A DNA stretch of 64,000 bases from an uncultured delta proteobacterium (GTDB taxonomy: Bacteria > Myxococcota_A > Polyangia > Haliangiales > Haliangiaceae): assembly GCA_963848295.1 (NCBI GenBank), contig CAWKDB010000010.1:2720001-2784000 (forward strand), read 5' to 3'. A model generated the notes under the pieces. That model was given only the letters and a program-made list of their open reading frames with translations. It made no database searches and had not been told where the DNA came from. Made by a program: the position numbers and the translations under genes. Numbering within the stretch: the first letter of the stretch is position 1; every line of letters begins with the position of its first letter. Below are positions 40,372 through 51,299 of the stretch, in pieces.

Positions 40372-41611
40372 GGGCCCGCGTTTGAACAAGTCGATCGAAG
40401 TCGGTCGATTTGGGATCGACAGGATCGCGCCGACGTGATCTACGTTCGTGGTGGACGCCGAGCAGCTGGTCCGGCGGAAATGGCGCCTGCTCACGGCGAC
40501 GATGGATGAGCGCGCACGTCGCCTGTGGGCTGGTGCTGAGGCCGACGCGATGGGATGGGGCGGGATTGCCGGCGTAGCTCGTGCGACCGGGCTGGCGATC
40601 AGCACGGTGACTCTCGGTCGTGCAGAAGTGCGTGCGGGCGCGCGCACGGACGATGTGGTGAAGGTTCGACGAAAGGGCGGTGGACGCCGACGCCACGAAG
40701 CCGTGCATCCAGAACTTGCTCCGGCGCTCGAAAAGCTTGTCGCCCCGGCGACGCGCGGCGACCCGGAATCGGCGCTGCGCTGGACGAACAAGAGCACGCA
40801 CGCGCTGTCCGCTGAGATGTTCTCCGAGTACGGGATCCGCGTCGGGGACAAGACTGTGGCTCGGTTGCTGCGCAAGAGCGGCTACAGTCTTCAGGCGCCG
40901 AGCAAGACCGTGGAAGGCAAGCAGCATCCGGATCGGAACGCGCAGTTCGAGCACATCAACGCGCAGGCAATGGACTGCCTCAAGCGCGGCATTCCGTTCA
41001 TCTCTGTCGACACCAAGAAGAAGGAACTGGTCGGCAACTTCAAGAACGGCGGCCGCGAATGGCAGCCTCAGGATGAGCCAGAGCTCGTCGACGTTCATGA
41101 TTTCCCGAGCGACGCGATCGGCAAAGCGATTCCGTACGGCGTCTACGACGTTGCCGCCAACAACGCGTTCGTCAGCGTCGGTACGGACCACGACACGCCG
41201 ATGTTCGCGGTCACCTCGATCGAAGCTTGGTGGAAGCGGATGGGTGCCGAGCGCTACCCGGAGGCGACGAAGCTCTTTATCACCGCCGATGCTGGCGGCA
41301 GCAACGCGTATCGATCACGCGTGTGGAAAGCGGAGCTTCAACGGCTCGCCGACAAGATCGGGATCACGATCCACGTCAGCCACTTTCCGCCGGGCACCAG
41401 CAAGTGGAACAAGATCGAGCACCGGCTGTTCTCGTTTATCTCGATCAACTGGCGCGGGCGGCCGCTACGCACGTACGAAACGGTCGTGAATCTCATCGGC
41501 GGTACGACGACCCGTGGAGGTCTTGTCGTGCGAGCAAGACTCGATCGACGTAGCTATCCGATCGGTCGCAAGGTCTCGGTCAAGGAGATGCGCGCTTTTG
41601 GTGGGCTGTGA
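40372..41611 (+). mobile_element. ISAzo13-family insertion sequence, apparently 3'-truncated (transposase 40448..41611); boundaries approximate
   Basis: DERARRLWAG, TRGDPES.LRWT.KS, HPDRNAQF, ISVDTKKKELVGNFKN, DHDT, DAGGSN, PPGTSKWNKIEHRLFS; the expected terminal ...H.EWNY motif is absent. Confidence 0.9.
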
Positions 41612-41634
41612 GAGAGTGGCGATTCGCTACCGTG

Positions 41635-43797
41635 TCATGCAGCGGGCTGGCGCTGGTTGACGCCGTCTTCGCCGGGGCCGTAGCCACCGTAGTAGTAGTA
41701 GTACGCGCCGCGCTCCGCACTGTTGAACTCGTTCACGATGACGCCGAAGATCGAGCCGCCGACGTCGCGGATCTGTTCACAGGCGATCTTGAGCTCGTCG
41801 CGCATCGTCTTGCTCGCGCGCACGACGAGGATAATCCCATCGGCGCGGCGCGAAAGCACCACGGCGTCCGTCACTGCTTGGATCGGCGGCGAATCGAGGA
41901 TGATGCGATCGAATTGCGTAGATAGCTCGCGCAGGACGGTATCGAACCGATTCGTCATCAGGAGCTCGGCTGGATTCGGCGGCAGCGGGCCGCACGGCAG
42001 CACGAACAGGTTCGGGACTTCCGTCGGACGAATGACCTCGTCGTAATTGCCGTCGCCGAGGATGAGGTTCGACAGCCCCGGCTGGCGCGACACGCCCGTC
42101 GACGAGTGCAGACGTGGCCGGCGCATGTCGGTATCCATCAGCAGAACGCGCTGGCCGCTCTGCGCCATGGTGGTGCCCAAGTAGATCACGCTCGTGGTCT
42201 TACCCTCTCGCGGATTCGCGCTCGACACGACCAGCGTCTTGCACGAGCGGTCGGTGGCACTGAACAAGATATTCGTTCGCAGCGAGCGACAGCACTCAGC
42301 AACCCGCGAGGCCGGATGCTCGTGAACGTACATATCGCGCGAGCGATCGTTTGCGTTCTCGAGGTCGCTCTCGTCGATCATCGGAATCACGCCGAGGATG
42401 GGCGCGCCCGACGCCTGTGTCGCATCTGCCGTGCTCTTGATCGTGCGATCGAAGAACACCAACAGGAATACGACGCCGACTGCGAGCATGAACGCGAGTA
42501 CCCCGGAGATCAGCACGTTCAGGGGCATACTCGGCCACGCAGGCTTGTACGGAATCATTGCTGGATCGAGCGGACGCACGTTTGACAAGATGCCGCTCAT
42601 GCCGTTTGTCATCAGCGTGGTCGATAGCCGCGTGCGCAGGATATTGTAGGAGTCTTCGAGATCCTTCTTTTGGCGAACCAGGTCGTTGTAGACGACGATC
42701 TTCGGGCTCAGCGCCTTCGCTTCGGCCTTGTATTTGTCGAGCTCGCCGGTAAGCCCGCGCGTATCGGTGAGCGCGGCGTCGTGCAGATCCTTGGTGCCTT
42801 CGATCAGGATCGAGACCTCGCCCTTGAGCGCGTTGTATAGCTCCTCGACCTTCTGTTTCTGCGCGAGGTAATCGCTGTTGCGCGGGCCAAGATCCTTCTC
42901 GAGCTCGACGAGATGGTTCTTCTCGGTGAAGTACTGAGTACGGAGCGTCTGATAAGATGGGTTGTCGCCCATCATGATGATCGGCGTCGTCAGGACGTCC
43001 TTGTCAGACTCCTTCGTCATCTCGCCGAGCTTCGAGCTCACCTCGATCTCGTGCGCACGTTCGTCGTTGATCTTCTGGCTGAATGACAAAATATTCTGCG
43101 CGACGAGGTTTTGACGCTCTTCGAGCGTCACCGCGATCATGTCGTTGTCCGCTTGGAACTGGTAGACCTTCTGCTCTGCCGCGCGGAGCTTGGATTCCGC
43201 ATCGTTGAACTCCGCCTGCAGCGCATTCGATGCGGTGTTCGTGTCGAGCGTCAGCAGACCCTTGGCATAGCTGTAGTAGGTGTCGGCATGCGCGTTCGCT
43301 AGCGTCTGCGCTAGCTGCGGGTTGGGATCGCGGACAGAGACATAGAAGATACGGTCGTCGTCCGGATACTTGACCGTGATCGCCTTGCGAAGCTTCTCGG
43401 TCGCGTAGTCGACCTGCTCGTCGTGCGACATGGCCTTGCGCTGGTGCTCGTCGAGCAGCTTGGTGACGAGATCGTTCTGCAGCACCGTCTGCTTGGCAAG
43501 CGTGTAGCTCGATAGGACCTTCTTCTGCTGGCGGTAATACTCGGCGCTGTTCGCCCCGGCAGCTGCGACGTTGAAGATGTCGCCGGTCCCGAGCAGGTCA
43601 GGCAGTCGCGGTTCGATCTGGATCGACGCTTGTGCCTCGTACAGCGGCGTGAGCCGCAACGTGTATAGGACCGCGCCGCCGATCGCCAGCGCGACGATCG
43701 CGGCGACCAGCCAGAAGTAGCGGCGAAGTCCGGCGAGGTACCGCGCGTAGTCGAAGGTTTCGGCCCCCTCGCTCGATGTGTCGAAATCTGATTCCAC
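41635..43797 (-). CDS. wzc: Polysaccharide co-polymerase / BY-kinase (Wzc)
   Basis: Two TMs with a coiled coil between; Walker A NPREGKTT; DTDMRRP; ILDSPP; C-terminal Tyr cluster AYYYYYGGY. Confidence 0.93.
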   Translation of the reverse strand: MESDFDTSSEGAETFDYARYLAGLRRYFWLVAAIVALAIGGAVLYTLRLTPLYEAQASIQIEPRLPDLLGTGDIFNVAAAGANSAEYYRQQKKVLSSYTLAKQTVLQNDLVTKLLDEHQRKAMSHDEQVDYATEKLRKAITVKYPDDDRIFYVSVRDPNPQLAQTLANAHADTYYSYAKGLLTLDTNTASNALQAEFNDAESKLRAAEQKVYQFQADNDMIAVTLEERQNLVAQNILSFSQKINDERAHEIEVSSKLGEMTKESDKDVLTTPIIMMGDNPSYQTLRTQYFTEKNHLVELEKDLGPRNSDYLAQKQKVEELYNALKGEVSILIEGTKDLHDAALTDTRGLTGELDKYKAEAKALSPKIVVYNDLVRQKKDLEDSYNILRTRLSTTLMTNGMSGILSNVRPLDPAMIPYKPAWPSMPLNVLISGVLAFMLAVGVVFLLVFFDRTIKSTADATQASGAPILGVIPMIDESDLENANDRSRDMYVHEHPASRVAECCRSLRTNILFSATDRSCKTLVVSSANPREGKTTSVIYLGTTMAQSGQRVLLMDTDMRRPRLHSSTGVSRQPGLSNLILGDGNYDEVIRPTEVPNLFVLPCGPLPPNPAELLMTNRFDTVLRELSTQFDRIILDSPPIQAVTDAVVLSRRADGIILVVRASKTMRDELKIACEQIRDVGGSIFGVIVNEFNSAERGAYYYYYGGYGPGEDGVNQRQPAA

Positions 43798-43854
43798 GGC
43801 AGACCTTCTCGCTTAGACGCGGCTTTATAGCTCGACGTTCACGCGAGCAGACAA

Positions 43855-45219
43855 CTACAAAGCGCCGCGAACTCCAAGCATTAACTCCTGCCGGACGTAG
43901 CTCGGGTCGGGTTGGGCAACGCCGTTGACCGAGTACATGAAGTCGGTCTGGTCGGACGCGAGGCTGTATTCTAGCGTGGCGGCGAGCCAATCGCGGAAGT
44001 TATAGCGGACGCCGGCGAGGACATCGAGGATGGTGTCGTTGCGGGTCGGAGTGCTCGCCGTAACCATCGGCAGCAGGCCGTCGTACTCGCGGAACCGAAC
44101 CTCCGGGCGGACGAACACCCAAACCGGCATGATCTGATGTTCGACCGTGAGCTGGATGATGTGATCGCGATAGTAGTTTGCGTTAATCGAGTCCTGGTGC
44201 TCGTAGCTGTACATGAGCAACGCGCGACCACGTGGGCTGTAGCGATAACCGAGCTCTAAGCCACCAACAGCTGCCGAGTAACTGGGACCGCTTGCGTAGA
44301 ACCCGTTCGTGTAGCCGGCGCGCGCGTTGAGCGTGACGTTAATCGCGAGCGACGTCATGATGCCGGCAAGTGCGGTGAACGGATAAGAAGACACCTTCTC
44401 GGAGCTGGCGCCGACACCGTTGAACACACCGGCCGAAACGTCGACGTAGGCGCGCGTCAAGGGCAGTAGCTGCCAGTTCACACGTAGCCCGAACGTGTTG
44501 TCGAACCGATCGGCGAACTGCTGGGAGTCTGACTCGAACAGATCGAGAGTGTCGCTGTAGTAGACGTAGCCTCCCAACGACCGGCCCGTAGGCTGGTAGT
44601 TGAAGCGGAGCGTCAGCATGTTGATATCGCGATCGGTATTGAGGTTCGACTCGAAGTTGGTCGGACGTAGCAAACGCTCGTAATGGTCGAGCACGCTGAC
44701 GAAGAACGGATGCTCTGCGTTGATCAAGCCGCGTAGAACGAGCCCGCCCTCGACCCCACTCTGATCGCGCACGTCGGCGTTATCGGAGAGGTATTGATTG
44801 TAGGCGGCGTACAGGTCGGCATGGCCTTGGAAGACACCGTGCTCCTTGCCCTCTTGGTTCGCGATCGGAGCGCCCTCGGTCTCGTTCGAAAACCGAGTCT
44901 GCGAGAGCGAGCCGACACCGACCTCCCCGAGCACGCGCAATACACCGGACGCGATCGCGTCCTGATCGGTGTAGAACATGTTCGAAACGAAGCCGGTCTC
45001 GAGGCCGAGAACCGGATAGAGTGACGTGGTCTCGCCAAGTTGGACGCCGTTGCCCTGAACGATCGACATCGGCGAAACCGCCATCGCGGCCGGATCTCCG
45101 TTCGAGATCGCACCCATCGTCGCGGCGTCTTGAGACGACCCGTCGTCGTTGCTCCCACCGTCCGCGCGCGCCACTCCCCCGGCCGCGATTAGGATCCCGA
45201 AAATAGCCCACTGACGCAT
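43855..45219 (-). CDS. Outer-membrane beta-barrel of the polysaccharide export system (EpsX/BBP2-like)
   Basis: Signal peptide; many amphipathic aromatic strands; upstream of wzc in a locus with a short OPX. Confidence 0.75.
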   Translation of the reverse strand: MRQWAIFGILIAAGGVARADGGSNDDGSSQDAATMGAISNGDPAAMAVSPMSIVQGNGVQLGETTSLYPVLGLETGFVSNMFYTDQDAIASGVLRVLGEVGVGSLSQTRFSNETEGAPIANQEGKEHGVFQGHADLYAAYNQYLSDNADVRDQSGVEGGLVLRGLINAEHPFFVSVLDHYERLLRPTNFESNLNTDRDINMLTLRFNYQPTGRSLGGYVYYSDTLDLFESDSQQFADRFDNTFGLRVNWQLLPLTRAYVDVSAGVFNGVGASSEKVSSYPFTALAGIMTSLAINVTLNARAGYTNGFYASGPSYSAAVGGLELGYRYSPRGRALLMYSYEHQDSINANYYRDHIIQLTVEHQIMPVWVFVRPEVRFREYDGLLPMVTASTPTRNDTILDVLAGVRYNFRDWLAATLEYSLASDQTDFMYSVNGVAQPDPSYVRQELMLGVRGAL

Positions 45220-45375
45220 GAGTTAGGTCGCCTTCGCAGGTGCCGGAGCGCTACGTTCTCTCATTTCACACGGCGACGTCAACCAATGAGCCGGGTAAGA
45301 TGCGCGGCGTCATGCGACCGTTCACGGTCTTGCGCGTGAACATCATCCTAAGCGATTACGTCTAGTTGTAGATCT

Positions 45376-46185
45376 ATGAAGCGCGATATTCTACGCGAGA
45401 ACATTGACTGCTATGTCGGGAGCGGAGCAGTTCGCGACTGGAGCGCGGACGCGGGGCTCTACACGTTCGAGCGCGCAATCATCGAGCGCCACTTTCCACA
45501 ACCGCCGGCGCGCGTGATCGATCTCGGCTGTGGCGCGGGCCGGACGACCATCGGACTAGAGGCGATCGGGTACGACGTGGATGCCCTCGACCTGGCAGAC
45601 GACCTGGTGGGCGAGGCACGCAGGCGCGTCAAGCGAGGCCGAGTGCACGCAATGGATGCGCGCGCGCTCACTTTCGCCGATGGTTCGTTCCAGGCGGCGT
45701 TGTTCTCGTTCAATGGCCTCGACTGCGTCTACCCGTCGAACGAACGCGACCGAGTGCTCACGGAAGTCCATCGCGTCCTCGCGCCGGGCGGTGTGTTTTA
45801 CTACTCGGGCCACAACGGGCTCGCCGCGTGGCTGCCGCGACCCGGCGATTCGTTAGCGAAGGTGATGCGTCGCAATCTACGGCTGCTGAGCGCGCAGACG
45901 CATCCGTTTTCCGAGCGAACGCGTTATCTCGCCTATCCTGAGTTGCACGGCACTCAAGTGCTCTATTCCGCTTCCCCGCGTGTTCATATTCGCGCGCTCA
46001 CGGCCGCCGGGTTCGATTCGGTCGCGGTGTACGGCGTCGCCGGCTCGAGCTATCGCCGCGGTTCCGAGGAGCTAATGCCCATCACCGTCGCTGATGGAAT
46101 TGCCGGAGCGATCCGCGGGCTGGCGATGACGTTTCCTCACGTGCATTACGTCGCGAGAAAGCCGAGCCCGCCGCGTGCCGCGTGA
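45376..46185 (+). CDS. Class I SAM-dependent methyltransferase
   Basis: VIDLGCGAGR, MDARALTFADGSF, VHRVLAPGG. Confidence 0.9.
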   Translation: MKRDILRENIDCYVGSGAVRDWSADAGLYTFERAIIERHFPQPPARVIDLGCGAGRTTIGLEAIGYDVDALDLADDLVGEARRRVKRGRVHAMDARALTFADGSFQAALFSFNGLDCVYPSNERDRVLTEVHRVLAPGGVFYYSGHNGLAAWLPRPGDSLAKVMRRNLRLLSAQTHPFSERTRYLAYPELHGTQVLYSASPRVHIRALTAAGFDSVAVYGVAGSSYRRGSEELMPITVADGIAGAIRGLAMTFPHVHYVARKPSPPRAA

Positions 46186-47281
46186 CCGCGACGTCCGGTT
46201 TGAAGTACTGACGACGGACCGGGAACTCGAACAGATCAGACCATCGTGGGTCGAGTGGTACGCGCGGGGCGACGTCTCGCCGTTCACCTCACCGGCGTTC
46301 TTCGACGCTTGGCATCGCGCATTCTCCGGCGAGAAAGCTCGCTTCGTGATCGCAGCGCGCGTCGATAGAGAGCTCGCCTGGCTGCTGCCGATGTGGCACC
46401 ACACGGGACGGCGCGACGATTGGTTCGCGATGGGCTCGTTTCGCTCGGATTACACCGAGGCGATCTCGGCTAGCGATGATCGCGGGATGCACGATGCGTT
46501 TTGGCGGTGGCTCGAACGCGACGCCCCATGTCGGTCAGCGAAGCTCGATCGCATCCCGACCGATACCGACTTCGGGCGCTCGGTCCCGGCCACCGCATTC
46601 GATCGCCGTCGACGCCTAGTGCGCGCTGCGCTCAACACCCTGGTGACCAGACGAGTGCGCTACGTGTCCGCCGAGGTGCAGCGCCAGCATCCGTACGCCG
46701 ACCCTGCGGCGATCTCCGAGGGCGCCGACCGACTCGACGCGAAGTGGATGCGGCGCAACATCAAGATGCTCCAGAAAACCGGCGCAGTGACGTACTCTAT
46801 CGTCGTCGATCAAACCGCGATCGCGGCGCTCCTCCCCGCGTTCTTCGCGATGCACGTCGCGTACTTCGCCGACACCGGGCGGCGGTCGCAGTTCGAATCC
46901 GAGCCCGACCGCTCGTTCTTCACGTCGCTCGCGACTCACCCCGACCTCGCCGGCACCGTTTACTTCGACGTCCTTGCGACAGGCGACAGACCGTGCGCAC
47001 TTCACTTAGGATTCCACCACCGTGATCGGATCTACTATTATAAGCCCGCGTTCGATCACACACTCGGCAAGACGAGCCCCGGCAAGATCATGCTCGCATA
47101 CTTATTCGAGCGCGCTCGGCAACAACGTGCGGAGCGGGTGGATCTGTTGAAAGGCACCGAGGCTTATAAGGCCGATTGGGCCAATCACTCGCGAGAGACC
47201 GTCACGGCGACGCTAGTGACTCGGCGGCTAGATGAGCTCGCTCGGCGAGCGGTCGGGCGACACAGGAACCTGCGACCGTGA
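46175..47281 (+). CDS. GNAT acetyltransferase, CelD/BcsL (Acetyltransf_6) type
   Basis: SDYT, YYKPAFD...SPG, DLLKGTEAYKADWA. Confidence 0.85.
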   Translation: MPRDRDVRFEVLTTDRELEQIRPSWVEWYARGDVSPFTSPAFFDAWHRAFSGEKARFVIAARVDRELAWLLPMWHHTGRRDDWFAMGSFRSDYTEAISASDDRGMHDAFWRWLERDAPCRSAKLDRIPTDTDFGRSVPATAFDRRRRLVRAALNTLVTRRVRYVSAEVQRQHPYADPAAISEGADRLDAKWMRRNIKMLQKTGAVTYSIVVDQTAIAALLPAFFAMHVAYFADTGRRSQFESEPDRSFFTSLATHPDLAGTVYFDVLATGDRPCALHLGFHHRDRIYYYKPAFDHTLGKTSPGKIMLAYLFERARQQRAERVDLLKGTEAYKADWANHSRETVTATLVTRRLDELARRAVGRHRNLRP

Positions 47282-48225
47282 ACGCGGCCAAGGCCGCTCT
47301 AGAGCTCGCCCGCGGCATCCGCCGCCGTCGGGGATTCGAACGTGGCGTGCGGATCCTGACGTACCACGGGGTGGTCGATCGCGTCGTCGACCGACGGGTC
47401 GAGGATAGCTTCCACACGGTCGCGGACTTCCGGGCCCACGTCGCGCTGCTGCGGCGGTGCGCCGTCGTGCGGTTGGAGGAACTCGAGCCTGCCTTGACCG
47501 TGCCGAGGCGGTGGCCAGCGGTCGCGATCACGTTCGATGATGGGTTTCGGAACAACCTGATCGCGGCCGAGCTACTCGCGGCCGCCAAGCTCCCGGCGAC
47601 CGTGTTTCTGGCGACCGACAATGTGCGGAGTGGTCAGCCGATCTGGCCGACGGTGCTCCGTCTTATTCTCGCTCGCGGTTCGGCTAGGACCCTCGTGCTC
47701 GCCGGGGAGTCGTTCGATCTCGACCAAGATCCAGCAGCATTCGATCGCGCGCGCACCCTGTTCAAGCGCGCGACGACAGAGGAGCGCGCCCCTCTGTGGA
47801 GCTCGCTGCTGGCGCATCTCGGTACGGATGAGCTACCCGAATTGGTCGCAGGCTTTCCCTCGATCGCAATGCTCGCGCCCAAGGAAGTAGCGCAGCTCCT
47901 GGCAGCAGGGATCGATCTCGGTAGCCACGGCGCGTTGCACGAATTGCACCACGAGCGTCAGCCGCCAGCGTTACGCCGCCACGAGCTCGTCGCATCGAAG
48001 CACCACGTCGAACAGCTCGCGCAACGCGAATGTGCGCTATTCGCATTTCCGAACGGTGCTACGTGCTCCGACTCTGCTGACGAGGCCCGAGCGGCCGGGT
48101 ATCGATATGCCTTTACGATGGTCTCGCATGCGGCGAGTTACCTCGACGACCGCATGTTGCTCCCTCGTTTGATGCCCGGCGGCTCGGCCGAGAAGCTCTC
48201 GGCCAAGCTGGTGTTCGGCAACTGA
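47278..48225 (+). CDS. Polysaccharide deacetylase (CE4)
   Basis: ILTYHGV, ITFDDGF, LGSHG..H, FAFPNG, LPRL. Confidence 0.9.
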   Translation: MNAAKAALELARGIRRRRGFERGVRILTYHGVVDRVVDRRVEDSFHTVADFRAHVALLRRCAVVRLEELEPALTVPRRWPAVAITFDDGFRNNLIAAELLAAAKLPATVFLATDNVRSGQPIWPTVLRLILARGSARTLVLAGESFDLDQDPAAFDRARTLFKRATTEERAPLWSSLLAHLGTDELPELVAGFPSIAMLAPKEVAQLLAAGIDLGSHGALHELHHERQPPALRRHELVASKHHVEQLAQRECALFAFPNGATCSDSADEARAAGYRYAFTMVSHAASYLDDRMLLPRLMPGGSAEKLSAKLVFGN

Positions 48226-48233
48226 CGGCTCGA

Positions 48234-50258
48234 CTACATCCCCGCGCAATTATGCGCGAAGTCGATCACCGTCCACGGAATCGTCGCGCTCGAGCTCGAC
48301 GGTGTGCGTTGGATGGTGACGCCCCCTGCGCTCGTTGCGAGAGAAACCGTACCTTCGCCGACGAGATCCTGAAGCGACCCATTGTACGTGGTCGTGCCGC
48401 CGGATTGACCGAGGATCGCTTGACCGCTCGCGACGGCCACGCTCGATGCCATGGCGATGTTCGCGACCCCCGGGCTCGCAGATGTTTCACCCACCGCGAA
48501 CGTCGTGACGCCGGAGTGCGTCGCGAACGGCAGCGAGATCGCTTCCCAACCGACGACGAGGTTCGAACCGCCTTGTTCGCGCTTCATGTCGACCGTGGTC
48601 GAGTTGGTGAGCGTCGCCTGGAGCATGAGCGCGGCTGCCGCGAGGCTGCCAGCATTGTCTGACGTATAGGTCGCCAGCACGAAACTGCCAGAGGGAACTG
48701 CGGAGATCGTCGCGGTCTTCTCGACATCAGCGGTTGCGAAGCTCACCGAGCCGCGCTGCACGCTCGAGCCGACCATCTGAACTACTTGCCACGAGATCTT
48801 CGAGCCACCGACGAACGTTTGGATGTTCAACGTGGAGCCGTCGACGATATTCGCTTTGACGAACTCGTTGCTGCCCCACCCGGTCCCACCGGTTTGAATT
48901 CCGTTTAACAGCACGAAGCTCTGAGTCGGGTCGATCGCGGTTCCGAGCGTCACCGTCGTGGGATCAGTGGTACCCGTGTTTGCGTCGCCGCGCTGGACGA
49001 GCACGCCGGAGCTAAACGTGACGACCGTCCAGTGCACGGTGATCGTGCCATCGCTGCCCGGATTGTCGGTGCCGAGGTTGTTCCGATGACAAGTCACTCC
49101 GGCGGGCACGGGATTACTGCCCGTGATGGCGGCGTGCAGGTCGCAGATCGTAGCCCCGAAGTCGGGCGACCCTTCGTTCTCGCGTAGCGAGGTGATGAGG
49201 AAGCTCTGCGTGAGATCGACCGTCAGCGGCGCGGTCGCGGTCTGAGAGTTCGCCGCGATCGTCAGGTCACCCGACTGCTCCCCGCTGAACACCGGCGAGG
49301 TTGGCGGGATCGTGCACGTCGATCCGCCGACGGTGAATGGCGCCGACCGCGTCAAAAGATTATACGTGTTCTTTGGATACGCGCGCGCCTCGTAGGTGCC
49401 CGCGGCGAGTCCGGTGAAGTTCATCGTGCCGCTCGTGCCGCCGCCGGTGTAGTGCCATTGGACGTACTGAGTCGTCGCCGAGCCGTAGTTCGCGATGCTG
49501 ATCCAGTCGTTCGTGTTTCCCGGGAGCCCGCTGTAAGTCACTTGGACCGTGGCACCGACCGGATAGCTCGACGCATCGGTAGTGAGCGTGGCGTTCGACA
49601 CCGAGAACTGGTGGCGCGCGAGCACCGTCGACGTGTTGTTGAGATAGGCACGGGCTTCGTAGTTACCCGCCGGCAAGCCGGTAAACGGTTGTGTCCCGTT
49701 GACGGCGCCGTTGGTGAAGAATCGCTGCAGTGTCGAGGTATCAGCCGAGCCCGCCGTCGACACAGCAACGTAATCCATCATGTTCCCCGGCATGCCGGTA
49801 TACGAAACCGTAATGGTCTGCCCAGGGATATAGGCTTGCTTGTCCGTCGTAACCGCCGGCGCGGGAACGACCGTGAACGGCGAGCTCCCGAGGAGCGTGA
49901 ATGTGTCGTTCGAGTAGATCCGCGCTTCGTAGTTGCCGACGGCCATCGCAGGGAACGTCTGCGAACCCATCACTTGGCCGTTCGTAAACGCGAATCGGAT
50001 GTAGGACGTGCTCGGCGAGCCGGCTACCGCGACCGAGACCCAGTCATACATATTGCCGGGCATGTTGCTGTAGTTGACGACGATCGGTTGCGCCGTGTTG
50101 TACGACGGTGCACTGGTCGTCACGGTCGGGGTGCCCACGGCTTGTTCGCTTGACCCCAAACCCACGTCTGACGCGTCGGAGCAGCCGACACCTAGGGCCA
50201 CCATCGCGGTCAGGGCGGTCATAGCAATGCCGATGCGACGAGCTGCTGTGTATTTCAT
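48234..50258 (-). CDS. Large lipoprotein with three tandem Ig-like repeats and a beta-rich C-terminal region
   Basis: LGVGC lipobox; three ~90-aa repeats (TT....Y..G.TI.V.Y.G.PGN..DW......G...F.....G.YEAR.Y). Confidence 0.8.
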   Translation of the reverse strand: MKYTAARRIGIAMTALTAMVALGVGCSDASDVGLGSSEQAVGTPTVTTSAPSYNTAQPIVVNYSNMPGNMYDWVSVAVAGSPSTSYIRFAFTNGQVMGSQTFPAMAVGNYEARIYSNDTFTLLGSSPFTVVPAPAVTTDKQAYIPGQTITVSYTGMPGNMMDYVAVSTAGSADTSTLQRFFTNGAVNGTQPFTGLPAGNYEARAYLNNTSTVLARHQFSVSNATLTTDASSYPVGATVQVTYSGLPGNTNDWISIANYGSATTQYVQWHYTGGGTSGTMNFTGLAAGTYEARAYPKNTYNLLTRSAPFTVGGSTCTIPPTSPVFSGEQSGDLTIAANSQTATAPLTVDLTQSFLITSLRENEGSPDFGATICDLHAAITGSNPVPAGVTCHRNNLGTDNPGSDGTITVHWTVVTFSSGVLVQRGDANTGTTDPTTVTLGTAIDPTQSFVLLNGIQTGGTGWGSNEFVKANIVDGSTLNIQTFVGGSKISWQVVQMVGSSVQRGSVSFATADVEKTATISAVPSGSFVLATYTSDNAGSLAAAALMLQATLTNSTTVDMKREQGGSNLVVGWEAISLPFATHSGVTTFAVGETSASPGVANIAMASSVAVASGQAILGQSGGTTTYNGSLQDLVGEGTVSLATSAGGVTIQRTPSSSSATIPWTVIDFAHNCAGM

Positions 50259-50337
50259 ACGGGCCCCCTTGACATATCGGTGTCAGATTAACGAAGTCCG
50301 CAGCGTTATTCAACGCTTAAGCGTGGAGAATACCGCG

Positions 50338-50353
50338 CGCAGCGAACGTGCCC
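50338..50353 (-). promoter_or_regulatory. Putative sigma-54 promoter for the Ig-repeat lipoprotein gene
   Basis: Minus strand GGGCACGTTCGCTGCG versus consensus TGGCACG-N4-TTGC; TGACA-N6-TGTCA palindrome at ~50270-50285. Confidence 0.4.
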
Positions 50354-50438
50354 GGGTTGGTGTCCAAACGGCGGATGCAGGTTCATCACTACGATCGGTT
50401 TTGTTCGCAAGGGTAGCTACCGGTGCTATGGCTCGGCA

Positions 50439-51299
50439 GTGAGGCGCTTCTTCCATCGGTACGACGAGCTGTCGATCTTGGAAAAGCTTGTTCTACGCAC
50501 GTGCTGCTACCTGCCGCCTCGGATCGGCCGCGATGAGGAGCCCGATGAAGGGCTCGACAGCTCAACCTTTGATTCACTAGAGCCGTACAGGCGCACGCTC
50601 CGGCGCGCGTTCGGCGCGGACATCTTCGAAATCGTGGACGGCAAACGCGTGCTCGATTTCGGATGCGGCGAAGGCGGTTACGTGCTCGCCCTCGCCGGGT
50701 CCCAATGTGCCTCGGTCGACGGCATCGATCTCCAACCGATCATCGAGAGGGCCGCGAGCTTTGCGCGTGATCGCGGCGTGTCGAACGTCACGTTCATTCG
50801 CGGCCACTCCTCTGAGATGCTCGCGGCCGAGACCTACGATGTCGTGTTGTCTCACGACTCGTTCGAGCACTTCGAGCATCCGGACGAGATCTTGGCCGAG
50901 ATGGTACGCGTGACCAAGCCCGGCGGACGGGTCCTCATCAAGTTCGGGCCGTCCTGGCGCGGTCCATACGGGCGCCACATGATGGGTACGTTCCGCCGAG
51001 ATCGTCCGTGGCTACATCTCGTGCTGCCAGAGCGCACGATGATGCGAGTCCACTCGGCGTATCACAACAAGCCGGTGTTGCTCGACGAGTACAAGGACCT
51101 CCCAGGCGGCCTTAACAAGATGACGATCGAACGCAGCCGCGCGCTGATCGAGCTGTGTCGTGACCTCGTGATCGATCGGACAGTCGTGTTCCCGCTGCCG
51201 CGAATCAAAGGGCTGGCCAAGCTCCCAATGATCGGCGAATATTTCGCGAGCGGGGTATGCTTCGCGTGCACGAAGATCGTCACGAAGCGCGCCGCTTGA
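50439..51299 (+). CDS. Class I SAM-dependent methyltransferase
   Basis: VLDFGCGEG, YDVVLSHDSFEH, RVTKPGG, PYGRH. Confidence 0.9.
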   Translation: MRRFFHRYDELSILEKLVLRTCCYLPPRIGRDEEPDEGLDSSTFDSLEPYRRTLRRAFGADIFEIVDGKRVLDFGCGEGGYVLALAGSQCASVDGIDLQPIIERAASFARDRGVSNVTFIRGHSSEMLAAETYDVVLSHDSFEHFEHPDEILAEMVRVTKPGGRVLIKFGPSWRGPYGRHMMGTFRRDRPWLHLVLPERTMMRVHSAYHNKPVLLDEYKDLPGGLNKMTIERSRALIELCRDLVIDRTVVFPLPRIKGLAKLPMIGEYFASGVCFACTKIVTKRAA

